A DNA stretch of 64,000 nucleotides from Usitatibacteraceae bacterium (lineage in GTDB: Bacteria > Pseudomonadota > Gammaproteobacteria > Burkholderiales > Usitatibacteraceae), in the NCBI GenBank assembly GCA_044228625.1, contig JBGAUM010000002.1, forward strand, positions 21,056-85,055. Reading direction: 5' to 3'. Numbering within the stretch: position 1 is the stretch's first letter; each line of letters begins with the position of its first letter. A program made the position numbers and the translations under genes. Below, one piece after another: positions 20,970-31,300 of the stretch. Under the pieces are notes generated by a model. The model made no database searches. It worked only from the letters and a program-made list of their open reading frames with translations, and had not been told where the DNA came from.

Positions 20970-21006
20970 GGCCCCGCGCTTGCCGAGGCCCGCCATCGCA
21001 CGACGC

Positions 21007-21870
21007 CTATTTCATGCCGGCGGCGTTGCGTGGATTGGCAAGTTGCTGCATGTCTTCGAGGCGCGCATCGAACAATGGCTTGAACGCTGCGTGGGTGAAG
21101 ATCCAGAAACGGCCATCGCGAATGGCGTCAAACGTCTGGGCAGCAACGTCTGCAGGCGTGAGTTTTCCCGTCTCCACGGCCTTGGTGATCATCGCCTGCG
21201 CCTTCATCATGGACGCGGTTGGCGCGGACTTCGCCTGCACATCGGCGGGCCGGTTGCGGTGGGAGTTCGCAATCCCGCTCGGGGTAAATCCGGGGCACAG
21301 CACCGACGCCTTGACTTGCGGACTGACCAAGCCGAGATCGTGATGCAAGGTCTCCGATAGTGCGACCACTGCATGCTTGGAGACGTTGTAAATCCCGAGC
21401 AACGGGGGCGTCAGCAGTCCGGCGACCGACGCCACATTCACGATGTGACCTTCGAAATCCGGGTCGCGTTGGGCGGCTTCCAGCATCAGCGGCGTGAAAA
21501 TGCGGACGCCATGCACCACGCCCATGACGTTGACGCGCATGACCCACTCCCAATCCTCCGGGGTGTTTTCCCAGATGAATCCCCCACAGCCCACGCCGGC
21601 ATTGTTGAACACGCAATGCACGCCACCGAATTCTTCTTGGGCCAAGCGGGCCAGTTCTTCAAAGTGGGCGGGCTTCGATACATCGCCGGCCAGCACGGCC
21701 ACCCGGGCGCCACTTTGCGCCAACTCGCCGCGCGTTTTTTCCAGCGCCGCGGCGTCGATGTCGGACAACACGATCGACAAGCCCAATTGGTGGGCGCGAT
21801 CCGCAAAGGCGCGGCCGAGGCCACCCGCACCGCCGGTGATGACGGCGACTTTTCCGCTGAAAGACTTCAT
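21007..21870 (-). CDS. short-chain dehydrogenase/reductase (SDR)
   Basis: The ATG at 21870 gives MKSFSGKVAVITGGAGGLG, followed by NNAG and the YNVSKHAV active-site motif. The track ORF 21007..22794 is an artefactual extension. Confidence 0.88.
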   Translation of the reverse strand: MKSFSGKVAVITGGAGGLGRAFADRAHQLGLSIVLSDIDAAALEKTRGELAQSGARVAVLAGDVSKPAHFEELARLAQEEFGGVHCVFNNAGVGCGGFIWENTPEDWEWVMRVNVMGVVHGVRIFTPLMLEAAQRDPDFEGHIVNVASVAGLLTPPLLGIYNVSKHAVVALSETLHHDLGLVSPQVKASVLCPGFTPSGIANSHRNRPADVQAKSAPTASMMKAQAMITKAVETGKLTPADVAAQTFDAIRDGRFWIFTHAAFKPLFDARLEDMQQLANPRNAAGMK

Positions 21871-21956
21871 GGATGAATTCCCCGAAACTCTATGGAGGAC
21901 GCGGCTTGCAGGACGGTTCTGCCTGAAACACCGCGCCGGTTCTTGTGTTTTTGATT

Positions 21957-22745
21957 TCAGCCGGTGGGCATGCCGCTCGCAATGACGTTGAAGCCGCAAT
22001 CGACGTAGGTGATTTCGCCGGTGACCGCGCTGGCCAGGTCGCTCATCAGGAAGGCGGCCACGTTGCCGACTTCTTCCTGCGTGACATTGCGCCGCAGCGG
22101 CGCTTGTTCTTCGAAGAACTTGAGCATCTTTCCAAAACCGCCGATGCCGGCCGCTGCCAGGGTCTTGATCGGCCCGGCGGAAATTGCATTCGCACGGATA
22201 CCCCGTGGGCCCAGGCTCGCTGCCAGGTAGCGTGTCACGGCTTCCAGGCTCGCCTTGGCCGTACCCATCGTGTTGTAGTTGGGCACCGCGCGTTCGGCAC
22301 CCAGGTAGGAGAGCGTCAAAACTGCGGCATTGCGCCCCTCCATCAGCGGCAACGCGGCCTTGGCCATTGCTGCGTAGCTGTACGAGGAAATGTCGTGCGC
22401 CATGAGGAAACTCTCGCGCGACAGGCCGTCGAGGAAATCTCCATGGATCGCTTCCTTGGGCGCAAAGGCGATGGCGTGCACAAAGCCATCCAGCCCGCCC
22501 CATTCCTTGCCCAGCGCGTCGAAACACCCCGCAATTTCGGCATCCTTGGTCACGTCGCAGGGCAACACGATCTTGCCTTCGAAGTCCGGCGCCAGCCGCT
22601 CCACGCGCTCGCGAATGCCTTCGCCTGCATAGGTGAACGCCAGTTCGGCGCCTTCGCGCTTCATCGCCGTGGCGATGCCGTAGGCGATGGACCGGTTCGA
22701 CAGCAACCCGGTGATGAGGAACTTTTTGCCGGCCAGAAAGCCCAT
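21957..22745 (-). CDS. fabI: enoyl-[acyl-carrier-protein] reductase (NADH)
   Basis: 262 aa: [25 protein letters not shown]..., with [24 protein letters not shown] (Tyr/Lys) and ISAGPIKT. Confidence 0.93.
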   Translation of the reverse strand: MGFLAGKKFLITGLLSNRSIAYGIATAMKREGAELAFTYAGEGIRERVERLAPDFEGKIVLPCDVTKDAEIAGCFDALGKEWGGLDGFVHAIAFAPKEAIHGDFLDGLSRESFLMAHDISSYSYAAMAKAALPLMEGRNAAVLTLSYLGAERAVPNYNTMGTAKASLEAVTRYLAASLGPRGIRANAISAGPIKTLAAAGIGGFGKMLKFFEEQAPLRRNVTQEEVGNVAAFLMSDLASAVTGEITYVDCGFNVIASGMPTG

Positions 22746-22880
22746 GGAATGTCTCCTGAAAATCGTGCCCGGAGTTTAGCCCAAAGGGGCGCATTTTCCG
22801 CTCTGGAAACGGGCAAATCGCTACAACCCGTTGCGAACGATTCCGGTATAGTTAGCCCGCTTTTTTCCCATGGTTGCCCG

Positions 22881-24707
22881 ATGAACACCCCAAGACTCCT
22901 GATGGCCTGCGCCCTGCTGTGGCCTGCAGTGGCGGCGGCACAGCATGCCGATCCCAACAAGGTCCTGCGCTACGCGTTTGAAATCGCCGAAACCTCGTTC
23001 GACCCGCACAAGGTGAGCGACGTCTATTCGTCCATCGTGAACAAAGGCATGTTCGATACGCCCGTGCGCTACGACCACCTGGCCAAGCCGCTCAAGCTGG
23101 TGCCCAACACCCTGGCGGCCATGCCGGAAATCTCCGCGGACTACCGCACCTACACCTTGAAAATCCGGCCCGGCATCTATTTTGCCGACGACCCGGCGTT
23201 CGACGGCAAGAAACGCGAACTGGTGGCCGAGGATTTCGTGTTCTCGTTCAAGCGTTTGTTTGACCCGCAGTTGTCCGCCTCCCAACTGGGGGAGGTCGAG
23301 GGCCACATCGCCGGGACGGACGAATGGCTCGCCCAGGCGCGCAAGGTCAACAGGCTCGACTTCGATGCGCCGATCGAAGGCCTGAAGGCGCTGGACCGCT
23401 ACACCTTCCAGATCAAATTCAATACGCCCAAGCCGACATTCATCTATGTGTTGGCGGATTGCCGCGTGGCGTGCACGATGGCGCGCGAGGTGGTGGAGAA
23501 ATATGGGCCGGACATTGGGTCCCACCCCGTGGGCACCGGCGCGTACCGGTTGGTGGCCAAGGAATGGAAACGCTCCTCGAAGATGGTGTTTGAGGCGAAT
23601 CCGAATTTCCGCGAGGAATACTACGACGCCGAGCCGGCGGCGGACGATGTTGAAGGACAGGCCATCCTGAAACGCCTCAAGGGCAAGCGCATGCCGATGA
23701 TCGGCCGCGTGGAAGTGTCCGTCATCGAAGAGCGCCAGCCGCGCTGGATCTCGTTCCTCAACCGCGAATTCGATTTGCTCTGGCGCATGCCGGAAGACGT
23801 GGCCACGCAGGCAGTCCCCAACACCACCCTGGCGCCAAACCTCAAGAAGCAGGGCATCCAGGCCTCGTTCACGCCACTGCTGGATGTGACCCTCATGTAC
23901 TTCAACATGAAGGATCCCATTGTCGGCGGCTACACGCCGGACAAAATCGCCCTGCGGCGCGCGATGTCGCTGGCGTACCGCTCCAAGGACGAAATCGCCC
24001 TCGTGTACAAGGGGCTGGCGATTCCCGCGAGCACGCCGTTCAGCCCCGGCGTGGCGGGCTATGAGAAGGATTTCAAGACCACCATTGCCGAATACAATCC
24101 GGCCAAGGCCAAGGCCCTGCTGGACATGTACGGCTACCGGGACATTGACGGCGACGGGTACCGGGAAATGCCGGACGGCTCGCCGCTGGTGTTGCGCAGC
24201 AATTCCACGCCCACAGAAAAGGACCGCACGGTGGATGAAGTGTGGCGCAAGTCGATGGATTCCATCGGTTTGCGATTCGAGGTCAACAAGGGCAAGTGGC
24301 CGGATTTGTTGAAGCAGGCGCAGAACGGCAAACTGGCCATGTGGTACCTGGCCTATTCGGCCTCCACGCCGGACGCCAAATCGTCGTTTGAAAACCTTTA
24401 CGGCCCCAACTGCGGGTTGAAGGGGAACCTGGCGTGCTTCAAGGTTGAAGAGTTCGATGCGCTGTTCAAAAAGGCCGAAGTCCTGCCCCACGGGCCCGAG
24501 CGCACCAGGATCTTCCAGCAAATGACGCGCATCTTCGCCACCTATTCACCGTGGAAAGTCAACATGCACCGCATCATGGTGGACATGTGGTATCCGTACG
24601 TGATCGGCTTTCGCCGGCCGCTGATCCAGACCGAGAATTGGTGGCGCTTTGCTGACATTGACCTGGAGGCCAAGGCGGTCTATCTGGGCACCAAGAAGAA
24701 GAGCTGA
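22881..24707 (+). CDS. ABC transporter substrate-binding protein, family 5 (YejA/peptide-type), paralogue 1
   Basis: ATG at 22881 gives the signal peptide MNTPRLLMACALLWPAVAAA. About 608 aa. KVLRYAFEIAETSFDPHKVSDVYS... is shared with the next three genes. Confidence 0.88.
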   Translation: MNTPRLLMACALLWPAVAAAQHADPNKVLRYAFEIAETSFDPHKVSDVYSSIVNKGMFDTPVRYDHLAKPLKLVPNTLAAMPEISADYRTYTLKIRPGIYFADDPAFDGKKRELVAEDFVFSFKRLFDPQLSASQLGEVEGHIAGTDEWLAQARKVNRLDFDAPIEGLKALDRYTFQIKFNTPKPTFIYVLADCRVACTMAREVVEKYGPDIGSHPVGTGAYRLVAKEWKRSSKMVFEANPNFREEYYDAEPAADDVEGQAILKRLKGKRMPMIGRVEVSVIEERQPRWISFLNREFDLLWRMPEDVATQAVPNTTLAPNLKKQGIQASFTPLLDVTLMYFNMKDPIVGGYTPDKIALRRAMSLAYRSKDEIALVYKGLAIPASTPFSPGVAGYEKDFKTTIAEYNPAKAKALLDMYGYRDIDGDGYREMPDGSPLVLRSNSTPTEKDRTVDEVWRKSMDSIGLRFEVNKGKWPDLLKQAQNGKLAMWYLAYSASTPDAKSSFENLYGPNCGLKGNLACFKVEEFDALFKKAEVLPHGPERTRIFQQMTRIFATYSPWKVNMHRIMVDMWYPYVIGFRRPLIQTENWWRFADIDLEAKAVYLGTKKKS

Positions 24708-24708
24708 C

Positions 24709-26511
24709 ATGGGGCGTTTCGTTCGATGCTGCGTGGCAGCCATTGCGGCGGTTGTTTGCGTCGCCCCTGTTCAAGCGCAACAAAAAGTGATGCGCTACGC
24801 TTTTGAGATTGCGGAGACCGGCTTCGATCCGCCACAAATCTCGGATACGTATTCATCGCAGGTCATCTCGCTGTTGTTCGATACGCCACTGACCTACGAT
24901 TATCTGGCCCGCCCGCTGAAGCTCAAGCCCAACTTGTTGGTGGCGATGCCGGAGGTGACCGGCGGCGGAACCACCTTCACGCTGAAATTCAAGCCCGGGA
25001 TTTACTTTGTCGACGATCCGGTTTTCGGGGGCAAGAAACGCGAACTGGTCGCCGAGGATTTCGCGTTTTCCATCAAGCGCCTCTACGACTCGAAAAGCAA
25101 GTCGCCAAACCTGTACCTGGTGGACAACAAGATTGTGGGCGACCAGTCGCTCAAGGCCCGCGAGAAGGAACTGGGCCGCTTCGATTACGACCTCCCGATT
25201 GAAGGCTTGAAAGTCCTCGACCGCTACACCATCCGGATCACGCTCAACCAGCCCGATTTCAATTTCATGTACTTGCTGGCATCGACCAATGTGTCGACCT
25301 TGCAGGTGCGCGAAGCGCTTGAAAGATACAGCGCCGACATGATGGCGCACCCGGTCGGCACCGGGCCGTACAAAATCACCTACTGGAAGCGCGGCTCGCG
25401 CATCGTCCTGGAGAAGAATCCGGGGTTCCGGGAGGAATATTGGGATTCGGAAGCGCCGGCTGACGACAAAGGCGCGCAGGAAATTGTGGCGCGCATGAAA
25501 GGCAAGCGCATTCCCCTGATTGACCGCATTGAAATTGCGCCGGTTGAAGAGTCGCAGCCGCGATGGCTGGCGTTTTTGAATGCCGAGCATGATTACTTCG
25601 ATCGGGTGCAAGAGGAATTCACCTACCAGGCCGTGGCGGGAAATGGCGTTGCGCCGGCGCTGGCCAAGCGCGGCGTTCAACTCGATCGCTCCGTCGGATT
25701 GGAGGTGGGATACGCCTACTTTGGCATGGAGAACCCGGTGGTCGGCGGCTATTCCGCGGAGAAAGTTGCGCTGCGTCGAGCGATTCTGCTGGGTTACAAC
25801 ATCAACGATGACATCCAGATTGTGCGGAAAAACCAGGCCGTGGCGGCCCAAAGTCCCGTCGGCCCGGGTGCGATGGGACATGACCCGAATTTCAAGAGCA
25901 ACATCAATGAATACAATCCGGCCCGCGCGCGCGCATTGCTTGACATGTACGGCTATTTGGATCGCGATGGTGATGGGTTTCGCGAGATGCCCGACGGTTC
26001 ACCTCTGATCATCGAAATGAATTCCACGCCCGCCCAGCGCGATCGCCCCTACGACGACATCTGGCTGAAAAGCATGGCGGCGATCGGCATCAAGATGAAA
26101 TTTCGCAAGGCGCAATGGCCCGACTTGTTGAAGGATTCGCGCGCGGGCAAGCTGATGATGTGGCGCCTGGCGTGGTCAGCGGGCTACCCGGATGGTGAGG
26201 CGTTTTATGTCATGTTGTATGGGCCCAACAGTGGCCAGGCCAACCACGCGCGCTTCAAGGTCGCCGAATTCGACCGGCTCTTTGAGAAGGCACGCACCGT
26301 TCCGCCTGGGCCTGAGCGCGAAGCGATTTACCGCGAAATGAACCGCATTTTTCTTGTCAATGCGCCGTGGAAGCCCCTGACCCACCGTATCTACAATGAT
26401 CTGACGCATCCTTGGGTTATCGGGTATCGTCGCCATCCCGTGCTGCGCACCGTGTGGCGGTATGTCGACGTGGATGCGGCGCAACAGCAAGCGGCACTGG
26501 CCCAAAAATGA
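24709..26511 (+). CDS. ABC transporter substrate-binding protein, family 5, paralogue 2
   Basis: ATG at 24709, 1 nt after the previous stop. Signal peptide MGRFVRCCVAAIAAVVCVAPVQA, then KVMRYAFEIAETGFDPPQISDTYS... Confidence 0.88.
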   Translation: MGRFVRCCVAAIAAVVCVAPVQAQQKVMRYAFEIAETGFDPPQISDTYSSQVISLLFDTPLTYDYLARPLKLKPNLLVAMPEVTGGGTTFTLKFKPGIYFVDDPVFGGKKRELVAEDFAFSIKRLYDSKSKSPNLYLVDNKIVGDQSLKAREKELGRFDYDLPIEGLKVLDRYTIRITLNQPDFNFMYLLASTNVSTLQVREALERYSADMMAHPVGTGPYKITYWKRGSRIVLEKNPGFREEYWDSEAPADDKGAQEIVARMKGKRIPLIDRIEIAPVEESQPRWLAFLNAEHDYFDRVQEEFTYQAVAGNGVAPALAKRGVQLDRSVGLEVGYAYFGMENPVVGGYSAEKVALRRAILLGYNINDDIQIVRKNQAVAAQSPVGPGAMGHDPNFKSNINEYNPARARALLDMYGYLDRDGDGFREMPDGSPLIIEMNSTPAQRDRPYDDIWLKSMAAIGIKMKFRKAQWPDLLKDSRAGKLMMWRLAWSAGYPDGEAFYVMLYGPNSGQANHARFKVAEFDRLFEKARTVPPGPEREAIYREMNRIFLVNAPWKPLTHRIYNDLTHPWVIGYRRHPVLRTVWRYVDVDAAQQQAALAQK

Positions 26512-28274
26512 AATGGCTTGCCGCAGCCTGCGTCAGTCTTCTGGCGCTTTGTGTCGACGCAAAAACACTGCGCCATGCGTTTCTGAATGCCGAAACCGCC
26601 TTCGACCCACACACGGTGTCGGACCTGTATTCGAACACCATCAACGATGCAATCTTTGATCCGCTGTTGAGCTACGACTATCTGGCGCGCCCGGCCAAAC
26701 TCAAGCCGAACACCGCGGCCGCGCTGCCGGAGGTCACCGACACGGGAAAAACCTACACGTTCAAGATCCGGCCCGGCATCCATTTTGCGGACGACCCGGT
26801 TTTCGGCGGCAAGAAGCGCGAGCTCACAGCCTACGATTACGCGTACAGCCTCAAGCGTCTCTACGACCCGAAACTCAAGTCGCCTTGGCTCTGGTACGTA
26901 GAGGGCAAAATCGTCGGCGGGGATGAAGCGCACGAGGCTGCCAAGAAGCGCGGCACGTTCGACTACGACGCGCCGATTGCCGGCATCGAGACGCCAGACC
27001 GTTACACATTGCGCGTCAAGCTCAAGTCCACCGATTACAACTTTGTCTACGTCTTTGCCACCGTGCAGACCGGTGGCGTGGCGCGGGAGGTGGTTGAGAA
27101 ATACGGCACTGATGTGGGGGCACACCCGGTCGGCACCGGGCCTTACCGGCTGGCGGAATGGAAACGTTCGCACAAGATCGTGCTGGAAAAAAATCCGAAC
27201 TATCGCGAGGAATTCTTTGACGCCGATCCTCCGGCGAACGATGCCGTGGGTCAGGCGATCCTGAAGCTGCACAAGGGCAGGCGCCTGCCGATGGTCGATC
27301 GCGTGGAGGTCAACATCATCGAGGAATCGCAGCCGCGCTGGCTCGCACTGCAGGGCGGCGATCTGGATTACGGCAATGTGCCGCTGGAATATTCGGGTTC
27401 CGCGTTTCCCGGCGGCCAGCTTGCGCCGTATCTGGCGAGGCGCGGCATACATGGACAGAGGTTCGTGGAAATGGACTTGGTCTACACCTATTTCAACCTG
27501 ACGCACCCGGTGGTGGGCGGCATGAACCCGGAGCGCGTGGCGTTGCGGCGGGCGATCGCCATGGCCTACAACTACGCGGAGGATGTTGCCATCATCCGAA
27601 ACGGCGGCGCCGTGAAGGCGGAATCTGCGATTCCGCCGGGGGCAGCCGGCTACGATCCGGCGTTCCGTGCGGCCACATTCCAATATGACCCGGCGCGCGC
27701 CCGTGCCTTGCTGGACATGGCGGGTTATGTTGATCTTGACGGGGACGGGTTCCGGGAGAACCCGGATGGAAAACCATTGGCCATCGAAATGGCCAGCGAG
27801 CCGGATTCCACCAGCAAGCAGTTCAATGAACTCTGGGCCAAGAACCTCGCCGCAGTCGGGTTGCGCATCAAGTTCAGCACCGCGAAGTGGCAGGAGAACA
27901 ACAAGCGCGCCAAGGCCGGCCAATTGCAAATGTGGCAACTGGCCTGGAGTGCCGATTACCCGGACGGCGAGAATTTCCTGCAGAACCTCTATGGTCCCAA
28001 CGCCGGGCAAAGCAACTATGCCAACTTCAGGTCGCCGGTTTTTGATGCGCTTTACGAAAAGGCGCGGGGCATGCCTGCTTCACCCGAGCGCGACAAGCTG
28101 TATGCGGAAATGAATCGATTGATCGCCGTGTACGTGCCGTGGATCCCGCAAACCCACCGGCAGCGCAGCGAAATTGCCCATCCGTGGGTGGTGGGCTACA
28201 AAAAGCATCCGCTGTACAACCAGGTGTGGAAGTACATCGACCTGGACGAATCAAAGCGGAGCGCAACCCCATGA
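26508..28274 (+). CDS. ABC transporter substrate-binding protein, family 5, paralogue 3
   Basis: ATG at 26508 overlaps the previous stop (ATGA). Signal peptide MKWLAAACVSLLALCVDA, then KTLRHAFLNAETAFDPHTVSDLYS... Confidence 0.88.
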   Translation: MKWLAAACVSLLALCVDAKTLRHAFLNAETAFDPHTVSDLYSNTINDAIFDPLLSYDYLARPAKLKPNTAAALPEVTDTGKTYTFKIRPGIHFADDPVFGGKKRELTAYDYAYSLKRLYDPKLKSPWLWYVEGKIVGGDEAHEAAKKRGTFDYDAPIAGIETPDRYTLRVKLKSTDYNFVYVFATVQTGGVAREVVEKYGTDVGAHPVGTGPYRLAEWKRSHKIVLEKNPNYREEFFDADPPANDAVGQAILKLHKGRRLPMVDRVEVNIIEESQPRWLALQGGDLDYGNVPLEYSGSAFPGGQLAPYLARRGIHGQRFVEMDLVYTYFNLTHPVVGGMNPERVALRRAIAMAYNYAEDVAIIRNGGAVKAESAIPPGAAGYDPAFRAATFQYDPARARALLDMAGYVDLDGDGFRENPDGKPLAIEMASEPDSTSKQFNELWAKNLAAVGLRIKFSTAKWQENNKRAKAGQLQMWQLAWSADYPDGENFLQNLYGPNAGQSNYANFRSPVFDALYEKARGMPASPERDKLYAEMNRLIAVYVPWIPQTHRQRSEIAHPWVVGYKKHPLYNQVWKYIDLDESKRSATP

Positions 28275-28443
28275 TGTCTCCGCCGTTCGTGCATGGCGTG
28301 GCCATAAAGTCATTGACTGACAAGGAATTCGGGTCAAAAAGCCGTCAAAAGCCGCGCCAGTCCTTGTGTTTTGCATTCGTGTCGAGCGAATTTGCCGCCA
28401 ATCCCCGCCGGTATAATCGCGCTTTCCTGATTTCGGAGGCGGT

Positions 28444-30267
28444 GTGGCACTGAGGCGACTTTCGCGGTTTTTGGCCGCCTCCTGCCTTGCCGCGATGGTC
28501 CTGTCCGGCGCTGTGCCGACTCTCGCCGCGGTCGAGAAAAAGACCGTCCGCCTTGCGTTTCGCGCGGCCGAAACCGGCTTCGATCCGCATCAGGTCTACG
28601 ACCGCTATTCGGTCGGCGTTCTGGAGAACATCTGCGAATCCCCGCTGACCTACGACTGGCTCGCGCGTCCCCTGAAACTCGCGCCGATGCTGTTGGAACG
28701 CGTGCCGGAACCGGAGGAGGGCGGCGCCCGCTACACCTTGCGATTCAAGCGCGGCATCTATTACGCCGACGACCCGGCGTTCAAAGGCAAGCGTCGGGAG
28801 CTCGTGGCGCGCGACTTTGAATACTCGATCCGGCGCTTCCGCGACCCGGCCAACCGCTCGCCTTACGAGTGGCTGTTCGAAAACAAGATTGTCGGTCTCG
28901 ACGAGCATACGGAAAAATCCAAGAAAGCCGGCAAATACGATTTCGACACGCCCATCGAAGGCTTGAAGTTCCTTGACCCGTACACGCTGCAAATCCGCCT
29001 CAAGGCGCCGGACTACAACTTCCTGTACTTCCTCGCGATGCCGAATGTGGTCCCCGTGGCACGCGAAGTGATCGAGAAATACAAGGACGATACGCAGGCC
29101 CACCCGGTCGGCACGGGACCGTATCTCTTGAAGGAATGGGTGCGCCGTTCCAAGATCGTGCTCGAGAGGAATCCCGGATATCGCGGACACCGCCTCAACA
29201 CCGAGTTTGCCGACCCGAAGGACGAGTGGGATCAGGGCGCCATCAAGGCATTGGCAGGCAAGACCCTGCCGCTCATCGACCGCATCGAGATTTATCCCAT
29301 CGAGCAGGAGCAGCCGCGCTATCTTGCCTTCGTCAACGGCGAACACGACTACATCGAGGAAACGCCGTTCGAATTCATCGAGCAGGTGATCCCCAACGGC
29401 AAGCTCGCACCGGGCTTTGCGAAGAAGGGCATGTCGGTATTCCGCGAAGAGCAGATGGAGTTCACCTACGACTTGTTCAACATGGAAGACAAGCTCGTTG
29501 GCGGCTACACGCCGGAGAAGATCGCCTTTCGCCGCGCATTGATCCTGGCGCACGACCGCAGCCAGGAAATCGACATTGTCAGAAAGCACCAGGCCATTCC
29601 GGCGCAGAGCCCGCTGCCCCCGGGCGTGGTGGGCTATGACGCGCACTTTCGCAGTGGATCTTTCCTGGACTACAACCCGGCCAAGGCCAAGGCCTTGCTC
29701 GACATGATCGGCTATGTGGACAAGGATGGCGACGGATATCGCGAAACGGCCGAGGGCCAACCCATCCGCATCGTGTACAAGTATCTGGCCTTCGAGCAGG
29801 CGCAGCGACAGGCGGCGGAACTGTGGGTGAAGTCCCTGCTGGCCGTGGGGATCCGGGCAGAGTCCGAGGCGGTGCAATTCGCCGATCATCTCAAGGACCG
29901 GCGCGTCGGCAAATACCAGATGGCCAGTTCGGCGTGGATTGCCGATTACCCGGATGGCCAGAATTTCCTGCAGTTGTTCTATGGGCCGAACGTGGAGCAG
30001 TCCAACGAGACGCGCTTCAACCTCAAGGAATACAACCGCATTTACGACAAGGCCATGACCCTGCCGGACAGCCCGGAGCGCAACCAACTGTACCGCGAGA
30101 TGAACCGCCTCATCCTTGCCTATGCACCGACGCGGCTCGGGGTGCATCGCATCTTCAATCACCTCCTTTATCCGTGGGTGAAGGGTTACAAGAAACATCC
30201 CATCCTGTTCACCAGTTTCAAGTATCTTGACATCGACTCGGCCGCCCAAAAGGCGGCACAACCGTAG
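28444..30267 (+). CDS. ABC transporter substrate-binding protein, family 5, paralogue 4
   Basis: GTG at 28444 preceded by GGAGG. Signal peptide (M)[28 protein letters not shown], then KTVRLAFRAAETGFDPHQVYDRYS... Confidence 0.85.
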   Translation: MALRRLSRFLAASCLAAMVLSGAVPTLAAVEKKTVRLAFRAAETGFDPHQVYDRYSVGVLENICESPLTYDWLARPLKLAPMLLERVPEPEEGGARYTLRFKRGIYYADDPAFKGKRRELVARDFEYSIRRFRDPANRSPYEWLFENKIVGLDEHTEKSKKAGKYDFDTPIEGLKFLDPYTLQIRLKAPDYNFLYFLAMPNVVPVAREVIEKYKDDTQAHPVGTGPYLLKEWVRRSKIVLERNPGYRGHRLNTEFADPKDEWDQGAIKALAGKTLPLIDRIEIYPIEQEQPRYLAFVNGEHDYIEETPFEFIEQVIPNGKLAPGFAKKGMSVFREEQMEFTYDLFNMEDKLVGGYTPEKIAFRRALILAHDRSQEIDIVRKHQAIPAQSPLPPGVVGYDAHFRSGSFLDYNPAKAKALLDMIGYVDKDGDGYRETAEGQPIRIVYKYLAFEQAQRQAAELWVKSLLAVGIRAESEAVQFADHLKDRRVGKYQMASSAWIADYPDGQNFLQLFYGPNVEQSNETRFNLKEYNRIYDKAMTLPDSPERNQLYREMNRLILAYAPTRLGVHRIFNHLLYPWVKGYKKHPILFTSFKYLDIDSAAQKAAQP

Positions 30268-30276
30268 GAGCTTTTC

Positions 30277-31290
30277 ATGCTGGCCTATGTTTTGCGAAGA
30301 CTTTGGCAAATGATTCCCACGCTGGCGGGGGTCATGCTGCTGATCTTTTTCCTGTTCAACTGGGTAGGGGGCGATCCGGCCCTCGTGCTCGCGGGGAAGA
30401 TCACCAACAAGGACCAGATCGAAAACATCCGCAAGCAGTTGGGCGTGGACCAGCCGTATCCCGTTCAGCTGGGCTACTTCGCGTTTGAAGTGGCCAACGG
30501 TTTCACCTGCACCTACAAGAGCTACACCGATCCGGCGCGCGCCAAGGCACAGGCGGAAGGCAAGCCCGCGCCCTGCCAGGCGGTGCGCTCCTGGGCCACC
30601 AACGAGGAAGTGCCGAAGATTCTCACCTCACGCATCGGTCCCACGCTGACCATCATGCTCCCGGTGCTGGTGCTTGAAACCATCCTCGGCGTGATCCTTG
30701 CCATCGGCGTGGCGTACGTGCGCGGCACGCTGACGGACCGCATGATCATGATGATCTGTACCGTGGCGATGTCGATCTCATTCCTGGTTTACATCATCGT
30801 GGCGCAGTATTACTTCGGTTTCAAATGGGGCGTCTTTCCGGTGCAGGGGTGGACGGGCAATTTCTGGAAAGACCTCACCACCTATGCGCCGCTGCCGATC
30901 ATGCTGGCCATCTTCGTGGGCCTGGCGCCGGCGCTGCGCCTCTACCGCAGCTTCTTCCTCGATGAGATCAACCACGATTACGTACGGACCGCGCGCGCCA
31001 AAGGCGTGGCGGAAAAAGTGGTGATGCTGAAGCACGTTTTGCGCAACGCCATGATCCCGATCCTCACCAACGTCGGCATTGCGCTGCCCGGCATCTTCGT
31101 CGGCTCGTTCCTGCTCGAAACCTTCTTCTCGATTCCCGGCCTGGGGCGCGAAATCCTGGTGGCGGTGAACCGTTCCGACTTTCCCGTGATCAAGGCCGCC
31201 ACCGTGTACCTGGCGATGATCACCATGATCATCAACCTGCTGGTCGACGTGATGTACAAGGCCGTCGATCCGCGCGTCACATTCAAGTAA
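30277..31290 (+). CDS. ABC transporter permease (DppB/YejB type)
   Basis: 337 aa with an RBS taggag. N-terminus MLAYVLRRLWQMIPTLAGVMLLIFFLF and the EAA-loop region YVRTARAKG. Confidence 0.88.
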   Translation: MLAYVLRRLWQMIPTLAGVMLLIFFLFNWVGGDPALVLAGKITNKDQIENIRKQLGVDQPYPVQLGYFAFEVANGFTCTYKSYTDPARAKAQAEGKPAPCQAVRSWATNEEVPKILTSRIGPTLTIMLPVLVLETILGVILAIGVAYVRGTLTDRMIMMICTVAMSISFLVYIIVAQYYFGFKWGVFPVQGWTGNFWKDLTTYAPLPIMLAIFVGLAPALRLYRSFFLDEINHDYVRTARAKGVAEKVVMLKHVLRNAMIPILTNVGIALPGIFVGSFLLETFFSIPGLGREILVAVNRSDFPVIKAATVYLAMITMIINLLVDVMYKAVDPRVTFK

Positions 31291-31300
31291 GGAGCGGACC

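Noticed and set aside
21007-22794. 595-aa minus-strand ORF that looks like one very large protein
   Set aside because: Only the 3' part (21007-21870, from MKSFSGKVAVITGGAGG) is SDR-like. The upstream 300 aa are Arg/Gly/Ala-rich nonsense that overlaps fabI out of frame. fabI (21957-22745) is the real gene there.
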